DNA of 64,000 bases from Actinomycetota bacterium (GTDB taxonomy: Bacteria; Actinomycetota; Actinomycetes; S36-B12): assembly GCA_030681835.1 (NCBI GenBank), contig JAUXRN010000193.1, positions 13,506 to 77,505 of the forward strand. Direction: 5' to 3'. Positions within the stretch are counted from its first letter, which is position 1, and every line of letters begins with the position of its first letter. Shown in pieces: positions 50,077 to 59,214 of this stretch. Below the pieces are notes generated by a model. It saw nothing but the letters and a program-made list of their open reading frames with translations, was not told where the DNA came from and did not search any database. The position numbers were made by a program, and so were the translations under genes.

Positions 50077-50952
50077 TCAGGAGCCGACCGGGCTGAGCCC
50101 GGCCGCCGCGGCCCTCGCCGCGGCGACGACCGGCTGCTGGACCGGCTGCGGGGTGGGCTGGGGGGTGGGGTGGTCGGGGCGGCGGGGCTGCGCGGCGGCG
50201 CGGATGGTGTCGGCGTCGGTGAGCTGGTCGGGGTCCCAGCGCATGCGACGGGCGATGTCGATCATGCGGCGTTCCTGCCGCGGTGGTGGGGGGACGGGGA
50301 TCTTGGGCTTGGGCGCGATGTGGGAGGCCGTGGTGGTGATGAACACGATGGCCTCGTCCGACCAGCCCCACTCGACCAGCACGGGCACCAGGACGGGCCA
50401 GGCGGCCGGGCCGGTCAGGTCCAGGCGCTGCAGCTCGCTGGGGGTGGGGCAGCCGGGGCAGCGCACGGTGATGCCGTAGCAGCGGGCGAGCTTGTCCAGT
50501 GCGGCCTCGATGCCGGGATGGATCGAGCGGCCGGGCTGGCGGCGGGGGATGACCAGGGCCTCGAAGTGACGGGTCCGCCAGCCCAGGTCGTGCAGCAGGT
50601 CCAGCAGCCCGATGGTCGGGGAGAACGGGGAGGGGTGCGGCTCGACGGTCAGCAGGTCCCCGTCCACGGTCAGGGGGATGGCGCGCTTGTGGGTGCCCGC
50701 GGCCCGGCGGGCCTGGTGGGCGGCGTTGCGGGCGGCGATCTGCAGCATCGCCCCGGGGTTGGCGTGGCTGGCCAGCCGGGCGGCGATCATCCCGCCGGGC
50801 GCGAGGCGCTCGGTGAGCAGCAGGACGACGTCGCCGGCGATGTCAGGGTCGTGCGGGGAGACCCTGCGGGACAGCTCGATCAGCGCCCGGGCGGCGGCCG
50901 GGCTCGCGAGGGACGGGTCGGCGATGATCGCGTCCAGGTAGGTGTCGTGCAT
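50077..50952 (-). CDS. Hypothetical protein, possible divergent sigma-70/ECF-like factor
   Basis: GAGG RBS before ATG 50952; DIAGDVVLLLTERL...GAMLQIAARNAAHQARR resembles sigma region 2; CPGC; function tentative. Confidence 0.55.
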   Translation of the reverse strand: MHDTYLDAIIADPSLASPAAARALIELSRRVSPHDPDIAGDVVLLLTERLAPGGMIAARLASHANPGAMLQIAARNAAHQARRAAGTHKRAIPLTVDGDLLTVEPHPSPFSPTIGLLDLLHDLGWRTRHFEALVIPRRQPGRSIHPGIEAALDKLARCYGITVRCPGCPTPSELQRLDLTGPAAWPVLVPVLVEWGWSDEAIVFITTTASHIAPKPKIPVPPPPRQERRMIDIARRMRWDPDQLTDADTIRAAAQPRRPDHPTPQPTPQPVQQPVVAAARAAAAGLSPVGS

Positions 50953-51195
50953 CGTGGGCCTCGTCGCTTCTCTCGGGGCACCCCAGCGGGCTGCCAAGTG
51001 TCAGGATCGGTTTTCCTCCGGGGGCGCGCAAGCCCCAAACTTCGATCTGTGGACGGGCGGGTCAGCGTCCGCCGGGGGTAATCTGTAGGCATCCGGGGCC
51101 GGCATGCCCGGGATGGATGCGGGCGACGGGGATGCCGGGGTCGGGGATGCCGACGTCCTGGGCGCAGGTGTCGTGGCTGGGGGGATGGGGGCGCG

Positions 51196-51684
51196 GTGGC
51201 GGCGGTGCGGGACCCGGAATGGTTCGGCCAGGTCGTGCGCCATGCCGGTTCCCTGGCGGGCCACTCGACGCAGGCCGGGCTTGCCGAGGCCGCCGGGCTG
51301 AGCCTGAACACCGTGGTGAACGTGGTGACCGGGGCGCGGGGCTCCTACCGGCCCGCGACCCTGGCCAGCCTCGCGAACGGGCTCGGCATCGATCCGGGGC
51401 GGCTGCTGGCATGCGCGACCACCGGCACCGGCAACCGCCCACGCGGCATGGGGGCGGCTGCCCCGGGAGGGGCAGGGTCGTGGGTGGGGGTGGCGGCGGT
51501 GGATGCGGCGGCGCGCCTGGCCACGCCCGCCGGCCTCGAGGACGTGCCGGGGTCGGGGGCGGTGTTCGTGGTGAGCGTGCAGGGGGTCGACGCATCGGTG
51601 GTGGAGCAGGCCCTCGCGGCGACCCTGGCCCGCCTGGGCACCCGGCACCCGCACGCCCGGTCCACGGTGCGGCCGCTGGCCTGA
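51196..51684 (+). CDS. XRE-family HTH regulator
   Basis: TQAGLAEAAGLSLNTVVNVVTGARGSYRPATLASLANGLGID. Confidence 0.75.
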   Translation: MAAVRDPEWFGQVVRHAGSLAGHSTQAGLAEAAGLSLNTVVNVVTGARGSYRPATLASLANGLGIDPGRLLACATTGTGNRPRGMGAAAPGGAGSWVGVAAVDAAARLATPAGLEDVPGSGAVFVVSVQGVDASVVEQALAATLARLGTRHPHARSTVRPLA

Positions 51685-51724
51685 CCGCCGGAATGGGCGG
51701 CGGTGCGGGGCGGGGGGTCATGGC

Positions 51725-52537
51725 TCAGGCCCAGGAGATCGACGGCGGGGACACCGAGCTGAACGGGGCGCTGGGGTCCAGGCCGGCGGTGCGGGCGTGC
51801 TCGAGGGCGGGCTCGATCTGCTGGCTGTAGGCATCCAGGCCCATGCCGTCGGCGACGTGGGCCAGGGCCTGGCCGGTGGACCAGTGGACCGCGTTGCGGC
51901 CGTGGAACACCGCGACCGCGGCCCCCGCCGCACCGGACAGCCTCGTACCGGTCAGGTCGGCACCCGCGAGGACCGCGTCGTGCAGGTCGGCGTCCGCGGC
52001 ATTCGCACCGGCCAGGCCGGCCCGCGCCAGGTCCGCGCCGCGCAGGTCCGCGCCGGTCAGGTCGGCGCGCGCGAGCTCGGCCCCGGCCAGGCTCGCCCCC
52101 TGCAGCCGCGCCCCGGTCAGGTCCGCGTCGGCCAGGTCCGACCCGTCCAGTCGCGCGGCGGTCAGGTCCGCGCCCGCGAAGCTCGCCCCGGCCGCGGTCG
52201 CGTGCCGGGCGTCGGTGAACAGCATCGACGCAGCGTCGAACCGCGCGCCGGTCAGGTCGGCGCGGTCCAGCACGGCGCCGTCCAGGACCGCGCGGGTGAA
52301 GTCCGCCCCGCGCAGGTCGGCGCCGGTGAAGTCGGCGCCGTCGAGCCGGGACCCGGCGAACGACGCCCCGGCCAGGTCCGCTCGCACGAACACCGCGTCC
52401 GGCAGGTCCCGGCCCGAGTGATCCACCCGGGGCGCCGCGGGCGCCGTCATGCCGGCCGCGGGGGCAGGGTCGACATGGGGGCCGTCGTGGTCCGGGCGGT
52501 GGTAGTCCGGGCGGTCGTGGTCCGTGCGGTCGGGCAT
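51725..52537 (-). CDS. Pentapeptide-repeat protein
   Basis: Long run of A(D/R)(L/F)xG pentads; GGAGG RBS; three 15-nt tandem repeats near the start. Confidence 0.9.
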   Translation of the reverse strand: MPDRTDHDRPDYHRPDHDGPHVDPAPAAGMTAPAAPRVDHSGRDLPDAVFVRADLAGASFAGSRLDGADFTGADLRGADFTRAVLDGAVLDRADLTGARFDAASMLFTDARHATAAGASFAGADLTAARLDGSDLADADLTGARLQGASLAGAELARADLTGADLRGADLARAGLAGANAADADLHDAVLAGADLTGTRLSGAAGAAVAVFHGRNAVHWSTGQALAHVADGMGLDAYSQQIEPALEHARTAGLDPSAPFSSVSPPSISWA

Positions 52538-52611
52538 CAGGTGTCCTCCAGGCAGGTCGACGCCGGCCGGCCACGCTGGAGGCGCGACCGGAGGCGAATG
52601 GGCGTCCTACT

Positions 52612-52648
52612 AGGTCAACGCGATCGGCGGGGGGCCTGGCACGCATTC
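52612..52648 (-). promoter_or_regulatory. Shared bipartite promoter-like motif, copy 2
   Basis: Minus strand GAATGCGTG-N15-ATCGCGTTGACCT upstream of 52537. Confidence 0.6.
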
Positions 52649-52748
52649 GACCGGTCGCAGCCCAGCGGCCCCGCCCGGAACCCGGGCGAGCCGGCTGACG
52701 ATCGGGCCACTGGATGGGCTAGATCCGGCCGGGGGAGGTTCCCGCGGG

Positions 52749-54074
52749 TCAGGTGAGGGTGGGTCCGATGCGGGGGAAGCCGGTGGGCGCGGGTGGCGCG
52801 GGCCGGGCGGCGTGCCCGGGCCGGTGCAGGTCGGGCAGGTAGGGACGGCGGGGCTTGGCAGGGACCCACGCATCCGTGCTGGCGGTCATGAGTCGGTCGG
52901 CTACCGCGGAGCAGGCGTCCAGGGTGGGCAGTCCCGCGTGGATGGCGGCGAGCAGGCAGCGCCGGTCGACCTGGTTCGTGGTGGCCGCGGGGTGGGCGAT
53001 CGCCAGGAGCCGTTCGACGTCGCCGCGGATGACCCGGTCGGCGGGCTGGGCGCTGCGCAGGGGCTCCAGGTGCGCGGCCAGCACCTGCCACCGATGCGTC
53101 ACCTCGCTCACCCTTGTCTCCGTGGGCGCACGCAGGGTAGGCGGGTCGGGGTCGTGCCGGGTGCTGGTGGCCAGGACGTGGCTGGTGACCAGGCCCAGGG
53201 TGGCGAGGTCGTGCAGGGTGCGGGCACTGATCCGCCCGCGGGACCCGTGCGCGCGCAGCCGGGTCGCGATGCGGTCCAGCCGGGTCGCCCATTCGGCCGC
53301 CGGGCTGCTCGTATCCGGCCGGGCGTTGTGCGAGGCGAGGGGTGCGACGGCGCTGGAGGGGAACCCGATCGCGGCGGCCAGGTCCCAGCAGGCCGCGGTG
53401 ACCGGGTCGCCCAGCGGCAGGGCGTCGTCGATGGTCGTGCGGGGCAGTCCGGCCTGCCGGCAGCGCAGGGCCAGCGGCTCGACCGGGCCGACCATCGCGG
53501 CCAGGCGTGCCGGCGCCGCCAGCACGCCCAAGATATCCGCGCTGCCCAGGGCCGGTGACCCGGTGGGGCGCAGGGTCCCGTCGGGGTCGCGGTGGGTGGC
53601 GACCAGGTCGCTCGCCGCCGCCACCAGCACACAGGCCCGTTGCAGATCGACCGCAGCGAGCGCGCGCCCGGACTCCGCCGTGGCCGGCGAGGTGGAAGCC
53701 GGGGTGGACGCCGGTGGTTGGCCGGCAGCGGCGGTGAGGGTGTCGAGCCAGGCCAACGCACTGCGCATGCGCGGGTCGCGGTCGTCGGTCCCGCGCCGCG
53801 GCGGGGCGCCATCCCGCCAGGCACGCACGAGCGAGTCCCCGAGGATGGCCTGGGCGTGGTGGGCGATCTGGCCCAGCAGCCGGGCCCGGGCCGCCAGCAC
53901 GTCGCCCGCCGCGTCCGGGCCGCCGAGTGCGGTGCCGGCGATCGCGTGCTGGGCGTGCGCGCCGTGCCGGCGGGCGGCATCCATCAGCTCCCCGTACGTC
54001 ACCGGCCACGGCGACCCGAGCCCCGGTTCGTCATCCGGCTCGACGTCGGCGATCGCGTCGGGTGGCGTGGTCAT
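52749..54074 (-). CDS. Hypothetical protein (441 aa, Ala-rich, helical)
   Basis: Long ORF, ATGA overlap with the upstream gene. Confidence 0.7.
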   Translation of the reverse strand: MTTPPDAIADVEPDDEPGLGSPWPVTYGELMDAARRHGAHAQHAIAGTALGGPDAAGDVLAARARLLGQIAHHAQAILGDSLVRAWRDGAPPRRGTDDRDPRMRSALAWLDTLTAAAGQPPASTPASTSPATAESGRALAAVDLQRACVLVAAASDLVATHRDPDGTLRPTGSPALGSADILGVLAAPARLAAMVGPVEPLALRCRQAGLPRTTIDDALPLGDPVTAACWDLAAAIGFPSSAVAPLASHNARPDTSSPAAEWATRLDRIATRLRAHGSRGRISARTLHDLATLGLVTSHVLATSTRHDPDPPTLRAPTETRVSEVTHRWQVLAAHLEPLRSAQPADRVIRGDVERLLAIAHPAATTNQVDRRCLLAAIHAGLPTLDACSAVADRLMTASTDAWVPAKPRRPYLPDLHRPGHAARPAPPAPTGFPRIGPTLT

Positions 54075-54481
54075 GGCAAGGTGCCGGCGTAGGCGTGGTG
54101 GGCGATCGCGGCGCGGCGGGCGGCGTACCCGCAGGCCTCGACCAGGCCGGCCGGCATCCGCGGGTCATCGACCGCGGTCGCGTCGAGCAGGCGGCGCAGC
54201 GCGGGCGCGATGAGCGACCGGATGCCGGCGTCCGGGACGTCCGGCAGGTCCGGAGGGTGGGTGTGGGCGCCGGCGTCGGCGAGGTCGTCCATCGCCCACG
54301 CCATCTGCGGGGCGACCCACACCGCGTCGGTCGTCGTCCCCGGCGGGGCGGCCTGCAGGTCGCGCTGCGCCAGGGTGCGGATTGCCCAGCACCACGCCCA
54401 CGCCCGATCGGCCGACGACGCGCGGGCCGCGACCTGCGCGTCGACCACAGCGAGCCATGCGGCAACATCCATCAGGCTCAT
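54071..54481 (-). CDS. Hypothetical protein (136 aa)
   Basis: GAAGGG RBS; translationally coupled to 52749-54074. Confidence 0.65.
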   Translation of the reverse strand: MSLMDVAAWLAVVDAQVAARASSADRAWAWCWAIRTLAQRDLQAAPPGTTTDAVWVAPQMAWAMDDLADAGAHTHPPDLPDVPDAGIRSLIAPALRRLLDATAVDDPRMPAGLVEACGYAARRAAIAHHAYAGTLP

Positions 54482-54653
54482 CCCTTCATCGGTGGCGGCA
54501 GCAGGCTCGTCGAGCTCGCCCGGCCTGTTCGGGTTCTCCCCGGCGCGGGGCGGGGGTGTTCACCATCCGCGGCCGGGCGTGCGTCGCGCGAGGCGAGCCG
54601 GGCTTGGTGTGGACGGGCAGGAGAGGGCTGTGGACGGAAGCCGCTCGACGCGG

Positions 54654-55844
54654 CTAGCTGGCCAGCCCGGGCGACGGACCGAGCACCGCGGAGGCGACCG
54701 GAGGATGCGCAACTGCGGGTGCTTGCCGCGCCGGTGCGGGCGATGGTGCGGTCGGCTGGTGGGTGCCGTGCCGGCAGGTGTCCCGGTCCAGGCCACCCAG
54801 GGACGCGGCCCATGTGCTCGGCGGCAGGCCGGAGCGCAGGGCGGCGCCGACCAGGTGGGCCAGGGAGTAGTCGGGGTCGTCGGCGGCGGCGCGGTCCAGG
54901 GCGACGTTGGCGCGGGCGCCGTCGCCGGAGGTCCACTGCGTGATCGCCAGCACGGTGGCTGCGGGGGCGACCAGGCCGGGCGGGGCGCAGCGGACCAGGT
55001 CCGCCAGCCGCGACGCGAATGCCCGGGTGTCGGTGCCCGGCTGGGCCGCATCCCACAGGAACGTATCCCGCACCCGCACGTCCGCCAGGCCCTGCAGCGC
55101 CAACGCCGCATCCTCCGGGCCGATAGGGGCACCGCTGGTGCGGGTCAGTGCGGCGAGATGCTCAACAGCGCGGTCCCGCCACCCCTCCAGGCCGCGCGTG
55201 CCGCGGCGGGGCGCTGCCGCGTCGGCGACCAGTGTCGCGATCGAGTTGACCCGGGCGGGGTCGGGGGCGATCTCCTCGGTGAGGGCGGCGCGGGACGGGG
55301 CCATCGCCGCGCCGACGCCGGCGAACTCCGCCGCCACCAGGGTCCGCGTTGCCTCCGGGATGAGCCGTCCCTGGGGCGGGCAGCAGCCCGGGTCGTCGCA
55401 GCCATAGGACCACCGCGACGTCCCGTCGGTGAACAACGCGTCACGCACCCCCAGCCCGGCGTCGTCGACGGCGGCCAGCAAGTCGTCCACCAGCGCGGCG
55501 GACGGCAGGCCGGCGCCGGGGGACGGGGCCGCGCCGAACACGGCGACGATCACCTCCGTCGACCCCGAGCGGGCCATCGGGACGACCGCGGACCGCGCGA
55601 TCGACACCACCTCTCGCGCGGGGGCATCCGGCCGGGGCGTGTCGAACCGCTGGACCAGGCGCACCATGGCACCCACGTCTCGCCGGTCGTCCGGGTTGGG
55701 GCCGAGGCCCACCAGCACCACCGAGTCCTGGCAGTCGAACCCCAGCAGGTGAGGCACCGAAGCCAAGAGCGCATCCGGGCCTGACAGCACCAGCCTGTCC
55801 ACCGTCCGGCCCACCGCGCCCGCCTGAGGAATCACCGTCATCAC
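54654..55844 (-). CDS. DUF4192-domain protein
   Basis: LSGPDALLASVPHLLGF...SVVLVGL, RWSYGCDDPGCCPPQG, DVRVRD, GDGARANVALDRA...DPDYSLAHL. Confidence 0.85.
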   Translation of the reverse strand: MMTVIPQAGAVGRTVDRLVLSGPDALLASVPHLLGFDCQDSVVLVGLGPNPDDRRDVGAMVRLVQRFDTPRPDAPAREVVSIARSAVVPMARSGSTEVIVAVFGAAPSPGAGLPSAALVDDLLAAVDDAGLGVRDALFTDGTSRWSYGCDDPGCCPPQGRLIPEATRTLVAAEFAGVGAAMAPSRAALTEEIAPDPARVNSIATLVADAAAPRRGTRGLEGWRDRAVEHLAALTRTSGAPIGPEDAALALQGLADVRVRDTFLWDAAQPGTDTRAFASRLADLVRCAPPGLVAPAATVLAITQWTSGDGARANVALDRAAADDPDYSLAHLVGAALRSGLPPSTWAASLGGLDRDTCRHGTHQPTAPSPAPARQAPAVAHPPVASAVLGPSPGLAS

Positions 55845-55892
55845 GCACCGCCCTCGCCATGGGCCACGCCGATCGCGGCCCCTACTTACCTG

Positions 55893-55920
55893 ACGCGATA
55901 CGACCCGACGTATGACACAA
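55893..55920 (-). promoter_or_regulatory. Shared bipartite promoter-like motif, copy 3
   Basis: Minus strand TTGTGTC-N14-ATCGCGT upstream of the DUF4192 gene. Confidence 0.5.
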
Positions 55921-56190
55921 GCAGGCGCGCGTCATCTGGCAGGAGGGAGGAAGAAGAACGGCCCGCAGTTCGTGTCCGGATTGTCGGCCACGCGGGATTT
56001 TGGGCGAGTGTCGACGTAACTGTTCAGTTTGTATGCGCCGTCGACACATTCGGCAGTAGCGGCTGGATCCGCTAGTTGATTCACTCGTAAGGAGTGTCGT
56101 GACTGCGCGTAGCGCCCCGATTCCGCAGGGCATGACTCGCTACGTAAGCAGCTCAGGTTGGTTGTCGGAGATGTTCCCTACGCTTGCTGG

Positions 56191-57438
56191 ATGAAGTTCA
56201 CAGCACTCCACCGCATCGTCGGTATCGGGCCAGGGCCACTCACGGACGAGCTCCTCGATGCGGCCGTCGCTGTCGGCGGTGTGGAAACGAGTGACTTGGA
56301 TTGGAAATCCGAGCTTCCCCCTATGAATGGACTTCCGCAGACAGACTTCCCCAAGGACGTCGCCGCCATGGCGAACAGTGGCGGTGGGTTGATCGTCTTT
56401 GGCGTGCGCGAAGTCCAATCCGCCGCGACGGCCCGGGTTGACGTCGGTGAGCTAGCCGAGGTCTACGAGCGGGCCCTGCGTAGCGCAGCGATCACAGCCA
56501 TCTCGCCGCCCGTCTTCGGTCTAGGCGTGCACCGCCTGGGCGAGGAAGGCAGCCGGGCAGTGGTTGTCCACGTTCCGGCGAGCATCGATGGGCCGCACTT
56601 CATATACCGAGGTGAGTACTTCGGTGCGCCTGTGCGAAACGGCGCAGACACGGTTTGGATGAAGGAGCGGCAGATCGCGGCGATGTACCGCGCCCGATTC
56701 GATGAGCGCAGTCACTCGACTGAGGTACTGAATGCGTTGTTCGAGGAAGCATCCAGCGGCCGCAACACCAACGAACGTGCGTGGCTCGTCGCGGTCGCCC
56801 ACCCTCGAATTCCTCGCTTGGGAGATCGTCTAACCCGCGAAGGAGCTCGGGCTGTGCTTTCGGCAGCCGTCCCGCTGGCACTTGGCTATGCGGGCCGCGA
56901 GGGTATCCACCCGATCGAGAGTGTGGACCGGGCCAACCCCCGACCGGGATTACGCCGTTGGGTCGCCGCGAACTCGGCAACCAATGACCGCTCGAAGTGG
57001 AAGGAGGCGTGGGTGGCCATTCACCATGATGGCTCGGTCACTCTCACTGCCGCAGTCGGCGGCCACCGCCGTAACGGCGGCGAGAACTTCGAGGGCTGGC
57101 AAGTCATGTCAACTGCTCTCGAGTGCGCCGTCGCGGACGTCATGGCGTTGATCCGGTCCACCGGGGAAGCAACAGACAACCAGGAGTACGAGGTACGCAT
57201 CGGAATCAACTGGGCAGGTCTGCAGCCGCTAACAATCCTGACGCGGGACAACTCCGGTGACGTCTACGACGGTGTCTCGACTCCACTCCATCACTACTCG
57301 CCAATTGAGGTAACGGTCAATGCTGCCGATTCTCCGAATGAGTACTTCTGGTGCGTTCACGACGTTGCCGAGGACTGCGTGAACCAAGGGGGCATTTCGA
57401 ACGTGTTGATGATCCTTCCCCCGGCACGCGAAACATAG
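56191..57438 (+). CDS. Schlafen/AlbA_2-domain protein
   Basis: ETSDLDWKSEL, KDVAAMANSGGGLIVFGVRE; likely start ATG 56191; more A/T-ending codons than the host genes. Confidence 0.85.
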   Translation: MKFTALHRIVGIGPGPLTDELLDAAVAVGGVETSDLDWKSELPPMNGLPQTDFPKDVAAMANSGGGLIVFGVREVQSAATARVDVGELAEVYERALRSAAITAISPPVFGLGVHRLGEEGSRAVVVHVPASIDGPHFIYRGEYFGAPVRNGADTVWMKERQIAAMYRARFDERSHSTEVLNALFEEASSGRNTNERAWLVAVAHPRIPRLGDRLTREGARAVLSAAVPLALGYAGREGIHPIESVDRANPRPGLRRWVAANSATNDRSKWKEAWVAIHHDGSVTLTAAVGGHRRNGGENFEGWQVMSTALECAVADVMALIRSTGEATDNQEYEVRIGINWAGLQPLTILTRDNSGDVYDGVSTPLHHYSPIEVTVNAADSPNEYFWCVHDVAEDCVNQGGISNVLMILPPARET

Positions 57439-57902
57439 GCTCAAGCAGCCTGGCGTAGTTTTGTGGAACGTGTCACCTGCTATCTCTGCGTCTGCCAAAG
57501 CCCGCTGGATAGCATCACCCCACCAATCTGGCGTCGTCGGCGTGCCTCACCTGTGCCAAGTGCCCAAACATCGGACCGCGCCGCCCTTTGGTGACTTGTG
57601 CCTCATCCGTGCATGACCTGAGCGCACGAGGCCTATCGCCGGGCAGCCATAGGACATTGTGTGATCGCAACTCATTGCGGGACAACGCGTTTGGACGTTG
57701 AAAGGTAAGGGTGTGGAGCGGGTCGGGTTCGAGCCGCCAGACAGTTCTGTAGCAGGTTCTGACGGCGTGCGGTGATCCTACCCAGCACTGGAAGTGATCT
57801 ACTTCTACAAGGATCCCGCTATCCAGAACGCTGACCTAGCGACTTCGTCATGAGGCTCAGGACAAGCGCTCAGTTTGTGAAGACGAACATGAGTCCCTTT
57901 GA

Positions 57903-58337
57903 CTAACTGACGACGCTGCCGTCCGCGTTGACCTTGCCCATTGCCACGAGAACTCCCTTCAAGCTTTCAAGTTCCTCTCGACGTCGCGCCAACGCATCTG
58001 CCATGACGTCGCATTCATCGCGCCATTCGCGGTAAGTGTCGGTGTCGAGCGATACAACCACCGTCTGCTTCTTCTCATCTGTCGGCAGACGCCTATAGAA
58101 GACCAAGCTGCCCTGTCCCACCAGATAACCAATGCCGAAGGCTGATGGTAGAAATGCGATCGGCAAACCCGGCCAGTAGTTGATTTCGCCGAAGTTCTCG
58201 AACGATACGTAGCTAACCCAGAAGAATATGAACATGGCCGGAATAAGGCAGGCCACCCATGCAGCGATCGTGCGCCGCCAGTCGAATACCGTGACGTAGC
58301 CAAGACCATCCTTGTCATACGTGACCTCGCGAGACAT
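57903..58337 (-). CDS. Hypothetical two-TM protein with C-terminal coiled coil
   Basis: GAGG RBS; hydrophobic segments, then ADALARRREELESLKGVL; lower-GC tract. Confidence 0.65.
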   Translation of the reverse strand: MSREVTYDKDGLGYVTVFDWRRTIAAWVACLIPAMFIFFWVSYVSFENFGEINYWPGLPIAFLPSAFGIGYLVGQGSLVFYRRLPTDEKKQTVVVSLDTDTYREWRDECDVMADALARRREELESLKGVLVAMGKVNADGSVVS

Positions 58338-58853
58338 GGCCTCAATTTAGGCGATCATCGATGGGACCGTCATGGCCGTACCGCGGGTCCGGCATCACGC
58401 GCTTGTCCTACGCGACCGGCCACTTCCGATGTCAGGCACCGATCGACAACTGGCGGTCTTCCCGGTGTGGCGAACGCGGGCAGGTTCTCCGGCCCGGCCG
58501 GGATGCCCGCGTCCGTTCCGGCTGCACGCGGGTTGAGCGCGAGGTTCCGGTTGCCTGCGTCGGCAGCCGCGCGGGGGGCAGCGTGCTCTGATGCTTCCCC
58601 GGACCGCTCGCCGAGGCGCGTGCCTGTGGAGCATTCCGATGACTGATCTCATCGGGGCCCGCGCTGTCCGACAGCCCGGTTCGACGGGCAGGGTCCGGCG
58701 CCACGGACCCGGAGACTGCCTCATCGTGTGAGCGACGCCACAGGCATGCGTTGACGGTTCATCCTGAATAGTCCACTGTGCCCCGGGATATCCGCTTCTA
58801 TCGTCGCCAGCATGGCACCCGCGCGGGAGCTGCTGCGACGACCGGGGGACGCG

Positions 58854-58970
58854 ATGCCGCACGGCCAGCCACGACCGCCACACGAGCGCGACCCCTGGCA
58901 CCTCGTCATCGCCGGTGTGGCGTTCCTGCTCGCCGCCGGCATCCTGGTCCTGTGGATTGCCCTGGCCTAG
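58854..58970 (+). CDS. Small single-TM protein (38 aa, absent from ORF track)
   Basis: MPHGQPRPPHERDPWHLVIAGVAFLLAAGILVLWIALA; GGGGA upstream. Confidence 0.45.
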   Translation: MPHGQPRPPHERDPWHLVIAGVAFLLAAGILVLWIALA

Positions 58971-59214
58971 GCACGGCAGCAATGCAGGGCCGCGGTGACT
59001 GTGCGGTCGTGCCCCGTTCAGTCCTGGTCCGCGCCGCCCGTGAGCAGTCCCCGTCGACGGGGTGGCACGTTGCCCAGCCGAGCCGCCCGCTGGGTGGCCC
59101 GGACAGATTTGCTCGTGCGGCGGGGGCCCATCAATCTCCAGCGCCGGTGACCGTGAGGCGTTCGAGGTGCTCGAGCGCACTCCGTGACCGGGGTGATGGC
59201 GCTACCGTGGCCGC

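Noticed and set aside
56008-56047. Inverted repeat GTGTCGACG/CGTCGACAC upstream of the Schlafen gene
   Set aside because: The core GTCGAC is self-palindromic and very frequent in this sequence; too weak to call
58725-58756. Fourth copy of the island promoter motif (ATGCGTTGAC)
   Set aside because: Lacks ATCGCGT and a correctly spaced upstream box
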